The notes below the pieces were generated by a model. It saw only the letters and a program-made list of their open reading frames with translations, was not told the origin of the DNA and searched no databases. DNA of 64,000 nucleotides, taken from the NCBI RefSeq assembly GCF_018350175.1, contig NC_058369.1, positions 2,296,001 through 2,360,000 of the forward strand. Reading direction: 5' to 3'. Positions 1 to 10,129 of this stretch are shown piece after piece (positions within the stretch are counted from its first letter, which is position 1; each line of letters starts with the position of its first letter). Made by a program: the position numbers and the translations under genes. Source of the stretch: Felis catus. Lineage: Eukaryota.

Positions 1-235
1 GATCTGGATGACCTTGTGGTCTGGGATCCATTACCTTCGTCTTAACCTGTAATATAATAGAGAGGTCAAAAGTCCCGTCCCGGGGCCACCCTACGGATAG
101 GGTGGGCCACTCTGATGAACAATAAGTTCGCCATCGACCTTTCCGAACCTCAAGGGAAAGATTGTGAGCTCTTGCTTGGACGTCCGAGAAATGAGTCAGA
201 GTCAAAGTTAGAGGAGTAGTCAATGTCTGTCCCAT
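1..235 (-). CDS. gag: Retroviral Gag polyprotein, N-terminal matrix region (partial, open to the window edge)
   Basis: Reverse complement from GCCATGG (ATG 235-233) gives [78 protein letters not shown]. It has the myristoylation Gly2, the CSSEWPT and GWPRDGTF matrix motifs, and no stop in 78 codons. Confidence 0.95.
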   Translation of the reverse strand, partial: MGQTLTTPLTLTLTHFSDVQARAHNLSLEVRKGRWRTYCSSEWPTLSVGWPRDGTFDLSIILQVKTKVMDPRPQGHPD

Positions 236-679
236 GGCTGTGTCGTCCTGTCCTGTCCACGCGTCCACACCAGCACACTTACACACACATACACAAAGAT
301 GACTACAATGTCGACACAGACCAGACAACACAGACTAGACAACAACCAAGGAGCCGCGGCCAGTATTCAGATTCAGATGGCAGGGGAGGCCTGCCTACGG
401 ATTTGGGGAGTCTGACGAACTTGTCAGTTCTCCCCTACAAACACCACCGAGGCGTCCCTCGGGGCTGGGGTGTGAAGGTTCAGGACACGTCTGTCCTCCT
501 TCAACACTCCTACTGAGGTGGCCGGCCGGCCTCAGAATTCACAGTTCAGAGACAAAACATAGAACACAATACCTGTGTGTAGACAAAGGCACAGAAGTCT
601 GTCTTCAGTCAGTCCGTCAGTGGCCCGGGCCGGAGAGTCATCCACCGACGGGGCCGGGGTTCTCTTGCCTTCCCTCGGG

Positions 680-697
680 TTCCCGGCCAACGCACCA
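680..697 (-). promoter_or_regulatory. Retroviral primer-binding site for tRNA-Gly
   Basis: Minus strand TGGTGCGTTGGCCGGGAA lies 2 nt after the LTR terminal CA and is complementary to the 3' end of tRNA-Gly (TTCCCGGCCAACGCA-CCA). Confidence 0.92.
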
Positions 698-699
698 AA

Positions 700-1250
700 T
701 GTTAGGAGCCAAGCTCCTAGGCCCTATGGAATGAGAGTTGGCGCAAAGAACCACACGGCACTCCGACGTCGGCAGAGAGTCTTTACTGGTGCACCAGGGC
801 TCCCCAGTGTTGGAAAGCGGGAGAGCCCCGATAAACGGGGTCACAGGTCTTTTATGCTATTTTGAGTCTTATTTGCATACAGGCTGGTGGTAGGCTCTCT
901 GCTCGGTGATGGTTAGGGTTGTGGGTAGTTTCGTCCCGGGGAAGCTTGGGAAATGAAGTTTCTTTTGGCTGATGCAACTTGGAGCCCGGGCTGCGAAGCG
1001 GCTAGGGACCTTTCGGTTAGGGTTGGGCGCGTAAGCAAGATTACTATGGTTGGGCGCGTAAGCAAGATTACAGAAGCGAGAGGAAAGCGGTTATCTATGT
1101 AGCAGCCTGTACAGCTCCCCCGGTGTCCAGATGTCTAACCGCAGAAATCCTGTTTGTTAACTAGTGGGAGTACAGGCTCTGCGAGTGAGGCGTTTACAAA
1201 GTTGAAGGTAGGGTGGGGGTGTTTTAGTAAGCTAGACCAGGGGTCTCTCA
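700..1250 (-). repeat. 5' LTR, 551 bp
   Basis: Begins TGAGAGACCC (1250) and ends GGCTCCTAACA (700). Contains U3 direct repeats (1021-1071), octamer ATTTGCAT (871-878), TATA-like CATAAAA (about 850-856) and poly(A) signal variant AGTAAA (782-787). Confidence 0.9.
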
Positions 1251-1255
1251 CCATA

Positions 1256-1432
1256 AGCAGAGCATTTCAAGGCGGCACTATTAAACACGTGGGGCGAGCA
1301 GCATCACCGGCCTCCACCCACCCAATGCCATTAACAACCCCCTGTAGCCCAGTTGTGACGACCACAGTATCTCCCCACATTGTCAAGTGTCTCCTGGGGA
1401 TAAACTAGTTCTTAAGGGTGGAAATCACTAGT
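1256..1432. mobile_element. MER20-like hAT DNA transposon remnant flanking the provirus
   Basis: GCAGCATC..GGCCTCCACCCAC..ATGCCA..CCCAGTTGTGAC..CACATTGTCAAGTGTCTCCTGGGG resembles the MER20 consensus as remembered. Confidence 0.6.
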
Positions 1433-2239
1433 CTCATGTGACCCTGTATTCGATCCTGGAGTGTTTTTGCCCAAGTCCACGGTCATAACCACTTGTCATT
1501 CTGCCACCTGCACGTCAGTGGTCTAAGCCTTTAATATTGAGAACGAGGACCAAGACGATGAGCGCGCGTTAACAATCCACACTTTACATAACAGTCATTA
1601 CTTCCCCAAAATGCAGGTCCGGTTATGTCCTCTCATTTTACAGATGTGGAAACTGAGGCTCTGAAAGGCTCCGCCAATTGTGTAATATCCCCAGAGAACT
1701 GATTAAGGCTATGGGGCCAGGATTGCAGCCCAAGGCCGGCGCCCTGCTGGGCAGAAAGTCTCGGTGCACTGGACGTGACAGATACTAAAAATCAGCTCAG
1801 GAAGTAAGCACTTGCCCTGACATTCATCAGGCCCGGAGGACAGGGGCAGTAAAGCCAGCAGCAAAACTAACAGGAAGCATTTCCTCCCTGCAGCGTCAAG
1901 TGTCAAAACAAACCCCTTTTGAGCCATTCCCATTTTCTAACTCGCTGCAAGCTCTGTCCATTCGGTGAAGAAGAAAACATTCCTGTCTTGCCTGGAACAT
2001 CTGACACTCGAGAATCAGGCTCCATGTCCAGCACCGGTGCGGAGGCTCGGATAAGGGGCTTCCGGACACAACCACCTCCCGCTTCTCCCATCTTTGCGGT
2101 TCCCAAGGAAACAGGACCGGGGTCCACCTCGCGTTCCAGGCGCGGCGCTGACCCCTTGCACGCGGCCCTGCTTTGTTCTGACCCCGTGGGAACCAGGCTG
2201 CATTTATGTTGCAACCACTCCCACCCACCTTGCGTGGGT

Positions 2240-2790
2240 TCGGCCCGGACCCCAAGGTCCAAAGGGTCGGAAGACCCCCCAGTCCAGACCTCGGAAGCCC
2301 AGCCCCGTCCCCGCGGCCTCCGCCCGTGCTGGGCCCCGCCCCCTGCCCCGGCACCGCCCCCCGCCTCTGCCCCGGCCGGGAGCACACGCAGTGTCCTGCA
2401 GTGGACACACAAAAAACCACGCCCAGAAAAGACTAGCATCCCGGGACAGGTACCGCCGCCGCCGCCCACGGCCGAATCATCGCTTCCGCTTCCGGGGCTG
2501 CCTGGAGCGGAAAAGGAGGCAAGCCTGGGGCTCGGGATTGGTGGAGTCTCGACGGTGGGAGGGGCTAGCCGCGTCCTCCAATCGGTGAGCAGAGAGGCAC
2601 TAGTCTCCCCGCCCTTTGGAACGCGATTGGGCCCAGTCTCCGGATCCGCCCTGGGGCGGATCTGAAGTCACATGGTACTGTGGGCGTAGTTGAGACTGGA
2701 TCCGCCCTGGGGCGTGGCTAGGGGCAGGAAGAGGCCCGGGGAGAGGCTGGGGGCGTGGCTGCCGAGCTCTCTCCCTGCGCCCCGTTACGT
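2240..2790 (-). promoter_or_regulatory. CpG-island promoter, possibly the first exon of a leftward ZNF77-like gene
   Basis: High CpG density, tandem ETS/GABP sites CGCTTCCGCTTCCGG (2481-2495), three CCAAT/ATTGG boxes (about 2537, 2578, 2626), several GC boxes and a (GCC)n run. Gene identity and strand are inferred from human synteny only. Confidence 0.6.
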
Positions 2791-3627
2791 TAGCAACAAA
2801 TGCTTATTTCCACAACACTTTCCACCCGCCAAACACTCCTGTGAAAAGATAGTCCCAGATTGGAATGATTCTCCCTGGAATGTCTCTTATTTCTTCCAGA
2901 AATGGGGTCCTATTTTGGGCATTTCTCTACATGTGTTTTTTTTTTTCCCCCCCTTCCTGATGGGTGTAGTATCCTGTCTTGGCCACTCGATGGCGACCTA
3001 GTTCACATTTTCACGTTTGTGACTATTCCGTTTGTTGCACTGGGTGGGCTCAGGAAAAGTGCGTGTGGATTCCTTCCGTACATACTCACTGGGCAACTTT
3101 TATATCCCGGACTCTGTTCTCTGCACTGGGGTATACGGCAGTAAATGGACACAAAAATTCTTGCCCTCATCCTTCTTAGATTGCAGCTGGGAGGGGCAAA
3201 AAAATTAACCATGTTAATAAATGATATATATATAGTTAATATAGCCCAATGTAGATGGGGAGTGATGGCGAGCACCCGTCCTTTCTGCTGCGTCCTCCAG
3301 GCCCTGCACAGCTGTTTGAGACCCATCATTCCCAGGGAAGCCCCTACCCTGCCCCCCACGCTCCCCAAATTCCCCACTCCCCCTTCTGGAAACCAGCCCC
3401 AGACTTTCCATGTTCTAGGCAGGGCGCTTCTGGGGGGTGGGGAGCTGGCCCAGGGTGCCTGAGAGAGGGCTGGGGCAGGCCTGGGGACTCTGTGAGCAGC
3501 TGCTGGCTGTGAGCTGCTATCTCAGGGACCCGGAGAAGCCCAGATGTGCTGGGACAGCTGGCTACAATTTCGTTAAATGAACAGGCTCAATTTAAGGCAA
3601 ACTGAAAATTCTTACAGGTTTTCCTTT

Positions 3628-3819
3628 TCTTTTTTAATGTTTTCTTTATTTTTGAACGAGCACAAGCGGGGGAGAGGCAGAGAGAGGGGAGACAGGGGAT
3701 CTAAATTAGGCTCTGTGCTGACAGTAGTGAGCCTGATGCGGAGCTGGAACTCACCAACTGCGAGATCATGACTTGAGCCCAAGTCGGCTGCTCAACCCAT
3801 TGAGCCCCCCAGGCGCCCC
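3628..3819 (-). mobile_element. Carnivore SINE (SINEC)
   Basis: Poly-T tail, (GA)n stretch and a GGCGCCCC head in reverse orientation. Confidence 0.8.
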
Positions 3820-4077
3820 TCAGGCATTCCTTTTAAGGACATGCCTGGCTATTCAGAATCAATAAGTTCATCATAACATAGTGTACACAAATCAGTTGTG
3901 AGTCAGTGGTGGACCTGAGTGCAGGAGCTGCAACTCTCAACATCTGGAAGAACACAGGAGAACAATCTTCATGACCTTGGGTCAGGCAAAGATTTCTTAG
4001 GATGCAAAATGTGAGAAACACAAAGAAAAGGTTGAGTTGTGAAAAGTTTAAATACTTGCTCTTTGAGAGACTTTTTA

Positions 4078-4297
4078 AAATTTTTTAACGTTTATTCATT
4101 TTTGAGAGAGAGAGAGACAGACAGACAGAGCATGAGCGGGGCAGGGGCAGCGAGAGAGGGAGACACAGAATCCGAAGCAGGCTCCAGGCTCTGAGCTGTT
4201 AGCACAGAGCCAGATGCGGGGCTTGACCTTCTGGACCACGAGATCATGACCTGAGCCGAAGTCAGGTGCTTAACTGACTAAGCCACCCAGGCGCCCC
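4078..4297 (-). mobile_element. SINEC_Fc-type SINE inserted in an old L1 fragment (about 3860-4420)
   Basis: Typical SINEC body GAGCCACCCAGGCGCCCC. The flanks resemble old L1M sequence. Confidence 0.82.
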
Positions 4298-4539
4298 TGA
4301 AAGCCACTTTAAAGCAAACTAGGAGGCAAGTGACAAGAGAAAATATTTGCAAAACATACTGGCAAAGTGGTTGTTTCTAGAATATATATGGAATTCTTCC
4401 AGTGGAGTGGAGTGTGACCACAAGAGTGCCTCTTTCACCCTCAAAACCTCCTCATTCACTGAAGTATTTTGGGAGCAAAGGGGCACAGACCGCAATTCAC
4501 TCTCAGAGTTAAGAGGAGAAATATACATAATTTGTATAT

Positions 4540-4632
4540 GTGTATACACACACATACATACATGTACACACACGTACACAATACACACATACATGTGCAC
4601 ACACATGCACACACGTACACACACATATACAC
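4540..4632. repeat. Imperfect (CA/TA)n microsatellite
   Basis: Tract reading TACACACACATACATACATGTACACACACG... Confidence 0.8.
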
Positions 4633-5221
4633 GAAATCTTGGTACTATTCTTGCAACTTTTCCGTAAGTTTGAAATGATATCAAAATGGAAATTTACCCA
4701 AAAGTAGTTTCCTATTCTGGACTATCCTGTATACAGATAAGCCAGCTAATGATCAGGGAGTAAAGAGCGAGCGATTTTAATTGTTTGCAACCATTTCCTT
4801 TTGTTCTTTTGCCTACAGCTCTGGTTTCATTGCTGCATTTGCCGAGAACATAACTGGTCATGTTACTCCTTCCAGAATTGTAGAATAGCTTCTGTGCAGT
4901 TGAAAACAGTGGGTCCTACACAACGCCATTTCCCTGAGTCATCCAGAAGGTGTCCTTTCTGCTTTTCATTCCCAATTTTATCCTCACATCTTTTCCGTAA
5001 AACTGATTGGACGTTGGACGACAGCCCAGGAGTTCCTTCACTGAGCGATACGAGATCCTTCCATTTTCTTTCCATGGCCTCTCATGTTCCTGGCATTCCA
5101 GGATGCCAGGCATTGGGATGCTCTTCTCTTATGTTCCTATCAGTAGGTCTCTTTTTCAATAGAAATTTTTATCGAAAGAATGGCGGATTCACTGGCCGTT
5201 GTAAGAAATATACAGAGAGTA

Positions 5222-5447
5222 GGGGCGCCTGGGTGGCGCAGTCGGTTGGGCGTCCGACTTCAGCCGGGTCACGCGGATCTCGCGGTCCGGGAGTTCGAGC
5301 CCCGCGTCGGGCTCTGGGCTGACGGCTCGGAGCCTGGAGCCTGTTTCCGATTCTATGTCTCCCTCTCTCTCTGCCCCTCCCCCGTTCATGCTCTGTCTCT
5401 CTCTGTCCCCAAAATAAATAAAAACGTTGAAAAAAAATTAAAAAAAA
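5222..5447 (+). mobile_element. Young SINEC_Fc with 17-bp target-site duplication
   Basis: GGGGCGCCTGGGTGGCGCAGTCGG head and A-rich tail. TSD AAGAAATATACAGAGAG at 5203-5219 and 5448-5464. Confidence 0.92.
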
Positions 5448-5749
5448 AAGAAATATACAGAGAGACCCCAGTTTACATTTCCTTCGCCTTTGTCTAGTGG
5501 CAACATTTTGCAAAACTGGAGTGCAATGGATATTGACATTGATACAGTCCGTTCATCTCAGGTAGACATTCCCTTTCAGGTGCGTGTGCGCGCGCGCGCA
5601 TGTGCACGCGCGTGTGTATCACGTGGGTAGGTTCATGTAGCCACAGCCAAGATGCAGAACATTTGCGACAGCGCAAGGATATCCTGTGTCCCTTTTATAC
5701 TCATACCCACCTCACTCTCAGGCCACCCTATTCCAGCAGGAAGCTTTTT

Positions 5750-6193
5750 TAATTTATTTTTATTTTTTTAATGTTTATTTTTGAGACAGAGAGAGACAGA
5801 GCATGAATGGGGGGGGGGTGGTCAGAGAGAGAGGGAGACACGGAATCGGAAGCAGGATCCAGGCTCTGAGCCGTCAGCCCAGAGCCCGATGCGGGGCTCG
5901 AACTCAGGGACCGCGAGATCGTGACCTGAGCTGAAGTCGGACACCCAACCGACTGCGCCACCCAGGCGCCCCCCCCAAAAATATTTTTTTAACATTTATT
6001 TATTTTTGAGACAGAGAGAGACAGAGCATGAATGGGGGAGGGTCAGAGAGAGAGGGAGACACAGAATCCAAAACAGGCTCCAGGATCTGAGCTGTCAGCA
6101 CAGAGCCCGACGCGGGGCTCGAACTCACCGACCGCGAGATCATGACCAGAACCGAAGTCAGACGCTCAACCAACTGAGCCACCAGGCGCCCCT
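5750..6193 (-). mobile_element. Two tandem or nested SINEC_Fc copies inside one TSD
   Basis: Copies at about 5750-5972 and 5985-6192. AGCAGGAAGCTTTTT flanks the pair at 5735-5749 and 6194-6208. Confidence 0.88.
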
Positions 6194-6222
6194 AGCAGGA
6201 AGCTTTTTAAAAAGAGGCCCAT

Positions 6223-6460
6223 GGGGCGCCTGGGTGGCGCAGTCGGTTAAGCGTCCGACTTCAGCTCAGGTCACGATCTCGCGTGAGTTCGAGCCCCGCA
6301 TCAGGCTCTGGGCTGATGGCTCGGAGCCTGGAGCCTGCTTCCAATTCTATGTCTCCCTCTCTCTCTGCCCCTCCCCTGTTCATGCTCTCTCTCTCTCTGT
6401 CCCAAAAATAAATAAAAGTTAAAAAAAAATTTTTTTTTAAAGTTGAAAAAAAAAAATTTT
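6223..6460 (+). mobile_element. SINEC_Fc with TSD
   Basis: TSD AAAAGAGGCCCA at 6210-6221 and 6462-6473. Confidence 0.9.
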
Positions 6461-7403
6461 TAAAAGAGGCCCAGTCTCCTAGGAACCCCTAATTTCCACT
6501 CCCTCTCTTACTGTGCTTGGGCTCAGAAATCTGCAAGTGCTGGGGCAGGAGAGGGGCAGGAGCCCGGGCCATCTAGTTATACCTGAAAGCCAGGAGGCAC
6601 TCCAAACAAAGATGGGGCATGTCACCAAAGTACGGAAGCCAGCTTGAAGTCTGGCCAAATCTCAGACCATGGGACCATCGAGATAATTACAGAGAATGAT
6701 GAATAGATAAGCCATTTTAAAAACGGGGCTCTGAAAGAAATAGATTCACAGGGGAAAAGGAAGGCTCTGGCTTATGGTAGAACACTAAGAGCCCACTGGC
6801 AAATGCGGGGAGTGCTCGGGGTACAAGGTGATGGATCCTGGCAGAGCCTGCTCCAGGCAAGAAGCACCCATCGTACGGGCTTCTGGAATGGTTTCCAATG
6901 ATCCTCGCCTCCTAGTTTCCAAACTAATATACGGCTGTCCAATGGCGAAAAGCGGTGTGAAACAAAAGAAAACAAGGTAAGGGGACTGGGAAGCGCCTTG
7001 GGCAGAGGTAGGGTGCGGTTTCATGTAGGTGGGGGTCAGGGAAGGCCTCTCCGAAGAGGGGACCTGGAGCTAAGACCCGGAAGTACTAGAGGGAATGAGT
7101 CACAACACGGTCACGGAGAAGACTGTTCCAGGTGGGCAGACAGCCGGTGCAAAAGTCCTGTGGTCGTCTGTGAGGAATGGCAGGAAGGTCTGTGGGGCTG
7201 AGTAAAGGGACTGTGGTCCGGGATTAATCAGAAGGGATTGTAATCCGGTAAAGGCCCTGCAGCGCTTTCGGAAGCCACCTGAAGACTTTGGCTTTGCATC
7301 GGCGGGAGGGCCGTGGGGGGAAGAGTTTGAGCAGGGGAGGGACAGGAGTCCACTCAATGTTTGAACCATTTTCCGGCTGCTTCTTAAGAATATATTGTAA
7401 GGA

Positions 7404-7624
7404 GGGGCGCCTGGGTGGCGCAGTCGGTTAAGCGTCCGACCTCAGCCAGGTCACAATCTCGCGGTTCGTGAGTTCGAGCCCCGCGTCAGGCTCTGGGCTG
7501 ATGGCTCGGAGCCTGGAGCCTGTTTCCGATTCTGTGTCTCCCTCTCTCTCTGCCCCTCCCCCGTTCATGCTCTGTCTCTCTGTCCCAGAAATAAATAAAA
7601 ACATTGAAAAAAAATTAAAAAAAT
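7404..7624 (+). mobile_element. SINEC_Fc with TSD
   Basis: TSD ATATATTGTAAGGA at 7390-7403 and 7625-7638. Confidence 0.9.
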
Positions 7625-7732
7625 ATATATTGTAAGGAGAGGAAGAACAGGATGAAAAAGGCAACTAAATACTAATGTGAACAACTTAAGTGTACGCGAA
7701 ATAGCGAACGCGGAAACACAATGCGTCCATCA

Positions 7733-7854
7733 CGCACGCGCACACCCACAGACGACCGTGCCCACCGCGCACGCGCACGCCCCTCGGGTGCATCCACCGC
7801 GCATGCGCACGTCCACAGATGACCGTGTCCACCGCGCACGCGCACGTCCCTCGG
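7733..7854. repeat. CpG-rich tandem duplication (two units of about 55 bp, period about 67 bp) within an old L1-like fragment
   Basis: CGCAYGCGCAC..CCACAGAYGACCGTGYCCACCGCGCACGCGCACGYCCCTCGG at 7733-7787 and 7800-7854. Confidence 0.75.
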
Positions 7855-8814
7855 CCGGAGCAGGAGCAAGGCACCCACGCCCGCCTCCCCCGCGGACAAA
7901 CCCCAAACACGCGACTGCGCAGGGAGGGAACCAGACGCGAGAGGCCACGCGGGATATGAGACCACGCGAGTGGAACGTCCACAACAGCCCCATCCACGGA
8001 CGGGAAGGGGGCTCGTGGGGGCCGGGGACCAGGGGAGGAGGTGGGGGTGACCGCTGATGGAGACTGGGTTTCTTTTTGGGGTGACAGAATGTTCTACAAT
8101 TAGTTGTGCTAATGATTGCACAACCCTGTGAACATACGTCAAACAAACAAACACTGAATTCTACACTCGAAATAGGTCAGTTGCGTGGCATGGGAGTTAG
8201 AGCTCAAAAAAGTCGTTACCAAATAAACGAGGAGCCAGAAAACCAAGAAGGAGCAGGTTGATAACAGGGTCCTCTAGAGGGCAGTGACGGCCAAGGAAAA
8301 GAAGGGGTGAGCTGCGTATGCAGTTGAAGTTTTTCTGGCCACGTTTTTTAAAAAGGAAGAAAAAAGAAGTAAAATGACCTCTAACAGTATATTTACCCCA
8401 GTTTGTCTGAAGTCGTGTCCTTTCAAATGTAATCGGTATGAAAAACACTCAGGGGCATCCCACCTTTTTTCGGGTACAGACGCTTCAAATTCCCGAGTGC
8501 TTGACACCCTCAGTTCGGCCACGTGGTTGGCACTGCAAATCCTTGACCCCCCACTGAGATGTCATAAAATTTGCCGTGAGAAAATTAGATTTGCACACCC
8601 AGATCGTCCCCAGTTGTCCCAAACAGAAACACTTTCTCTTATCGTCCTGGTTGGACCAGCACCGTCCACTTTTGGTCCCTTACATCCTGCCAGACACACG
8701 GGGAGGTTTAGTCACCCCTAATCAGGCATCGTTTTTAAAATCTAAACTTTAATTAATTTAATTTAAAGAAAATTAGGCATCCATTTCCTCGGTTCCATGA
8801 GCACATGTTTCCTC

Positions 8815-9042
8815 CTTTTTTTTTTTTTTAAACGTTTATGTATTTATTTATTTTGAGAGAGAGAGAGAGACAGTGAGCAGGGGAGGGGCAGAGACACAGA
8901 AGAGAGAGAATCCCAAGCAGGCTCTGAGCTGTCAGCGCAGAGCCCCACGCAGGGCTTGAACTCACGAACCACCGTGAGGTCATGACCTGAACGAAAATCA
9001 GTCAGTCGGGTCGCTTCACCGGCTGAACCCCCCAGTTGCCCC
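8815..9042 (-). mobile_element. SINEC
   Basis: Poly-T tail, (GA)n stretch and SINEC body. Confidence 0.8.
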
Positions 9043-9611
9043 CATCCACTAGCCCGTTTCTGTCGCACGTGTACCAAAGAGGTCAGAAGACAGCAGCACT
9101 TACCATCACAGTAACAGCGAGGCCCCTAGTCGATCTAACTGAACTTGACGGTGGGGAAGGGAAGCGGATGGGGAGACAGGGCTGGGTGCGCCGGGCTAAG
9201 CCCTGCGTCGTCACATGGAGCCACCACGTCCAGCACTGCAAAAGCCATGGAGGGTTTCGGTTCCCAGCAGGGCTCCGCGCCAGCTGTAACGAGGTCCCCT
9301 GGGAGCTTACTCAAACTATAGACCCTTGGACCCCCACCCACAGATCTCCTGCATTGGAAACTGAGGCTGGGGTGCAGGGATCTGTGTTTCCACGACCCCT
9401 CCCCCGCGGATGCTGGTGCCCAGCAGCTTGAGAACCGCCGACTTAAAGATACGTAGGCAAACACCCGAGGAAAAGGGTAAAAGTAACATGTGGCTGATGC
9501 CTGGGAATCCCACCGAGGACCCAGCAGGTGATGATAATTCTTCATTTGAAACCTTTGAGGTCTGTTTTGTGTTTAGAAGCAATGCACCAGCGTAGTTCTT
9601 TGGTGGGACAC

Positions 9612-9833
9612 TTTTATTTTATTTTATTTTATTTTTAGAGGTTATTTTATTTATTTTGAGAGCGAGAGAGAGTGCGCACTCATGGGAGGGGCAGAGAGAG
9701 AGGGAGAGAGAGAGGATCTCAAGCAGGCTCCACGCGGTCAGCGCAGAGCTCGAACCCAAGAACCGTGAGATCATGACCTGAGCCAAAACCAAGAGTCAGA
9801 CACTTCAACCAATCGAGCCACTCGGGCGCCCCC
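9612..9833 (-). mobile_element. SINEC
   Basis: (TTTTA)n tail, SINEC body and GGGCGCCCC head. Confidence 0.8.
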
Positions 9834-10129
9834 AGTGGGACATTTTTTTAAAGCATCCATAGGCAGTAAATAATAGAAAGATGGATAAACAGAGACAAAC
9901 TGAAGGCACAGGTCCTCAACCACAAGGACCCACCGTGCGTGGGCATCCCAGACCCACCTGACTCTGAGTCTGGCGTCCAATCTCAGAGGATGGGGGCAGA
10001 AATGGAGCTCACGATCAGGCCCGCAGCCAGATGAGGGCAAGCTGGGCCTGGCTGCCGGGAGACCCTTCTGAGAAGGAAGAAGTCCCTGGTCCAGGAATCC
10101 CCTAATTGAAAAGTTTCCCCACTGTGAGA

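Larger units (their letters stand above)
1..1250 (-). mobile_element. 5' end of an endogenous gammaretrovirus provirus (ERV-DC/RD-114 family): 5' LTR, PBS, leader and start of gag; continues beyond the left edge
   Basis: On the minus strand the order is TG...CA LTR (1250-700), TT, tRNA PBS (697-680), leader, gag ATG at 235. The Gag sequence is of the BaEV/RD-114/ERV-DC type. Confidence 0.93.

Noticed and set aside
1..1250. Endogenous FeLV
   Set aside because: FeLV uses a tRNA-Pro PBS; here the PBS is tRNA-Gly and the Gag is of the BaEV/RD-114/ERV-DC type.
1896..2665. Overlapping 170-250 aa ORFs as a zinc-finger CDS
   Set aside because: There are no KRAB or C2H2 motifs; this is GC-rich promoter and intron sequence.
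5222..5310. tRNA gene (A-box and GTTCGAG B-box)
   Set aside because: It is the head of a tRNA-derived SINE with a (CT)n stretch, A tail and TSD, not a cloverleaf gene.
5169..6422. Recurrent ORFs such as MAQSVKRPTSAQV.. and [11 protein letters not shown]..
   Set aside because: They are translations of SINEC copies repeated throughout the window.
7733..7854. CRISPR-like repeat array
   Set aside because: It is a degenerate tandem duplication with no unique spacers, in a mammalian context with no cas genes.
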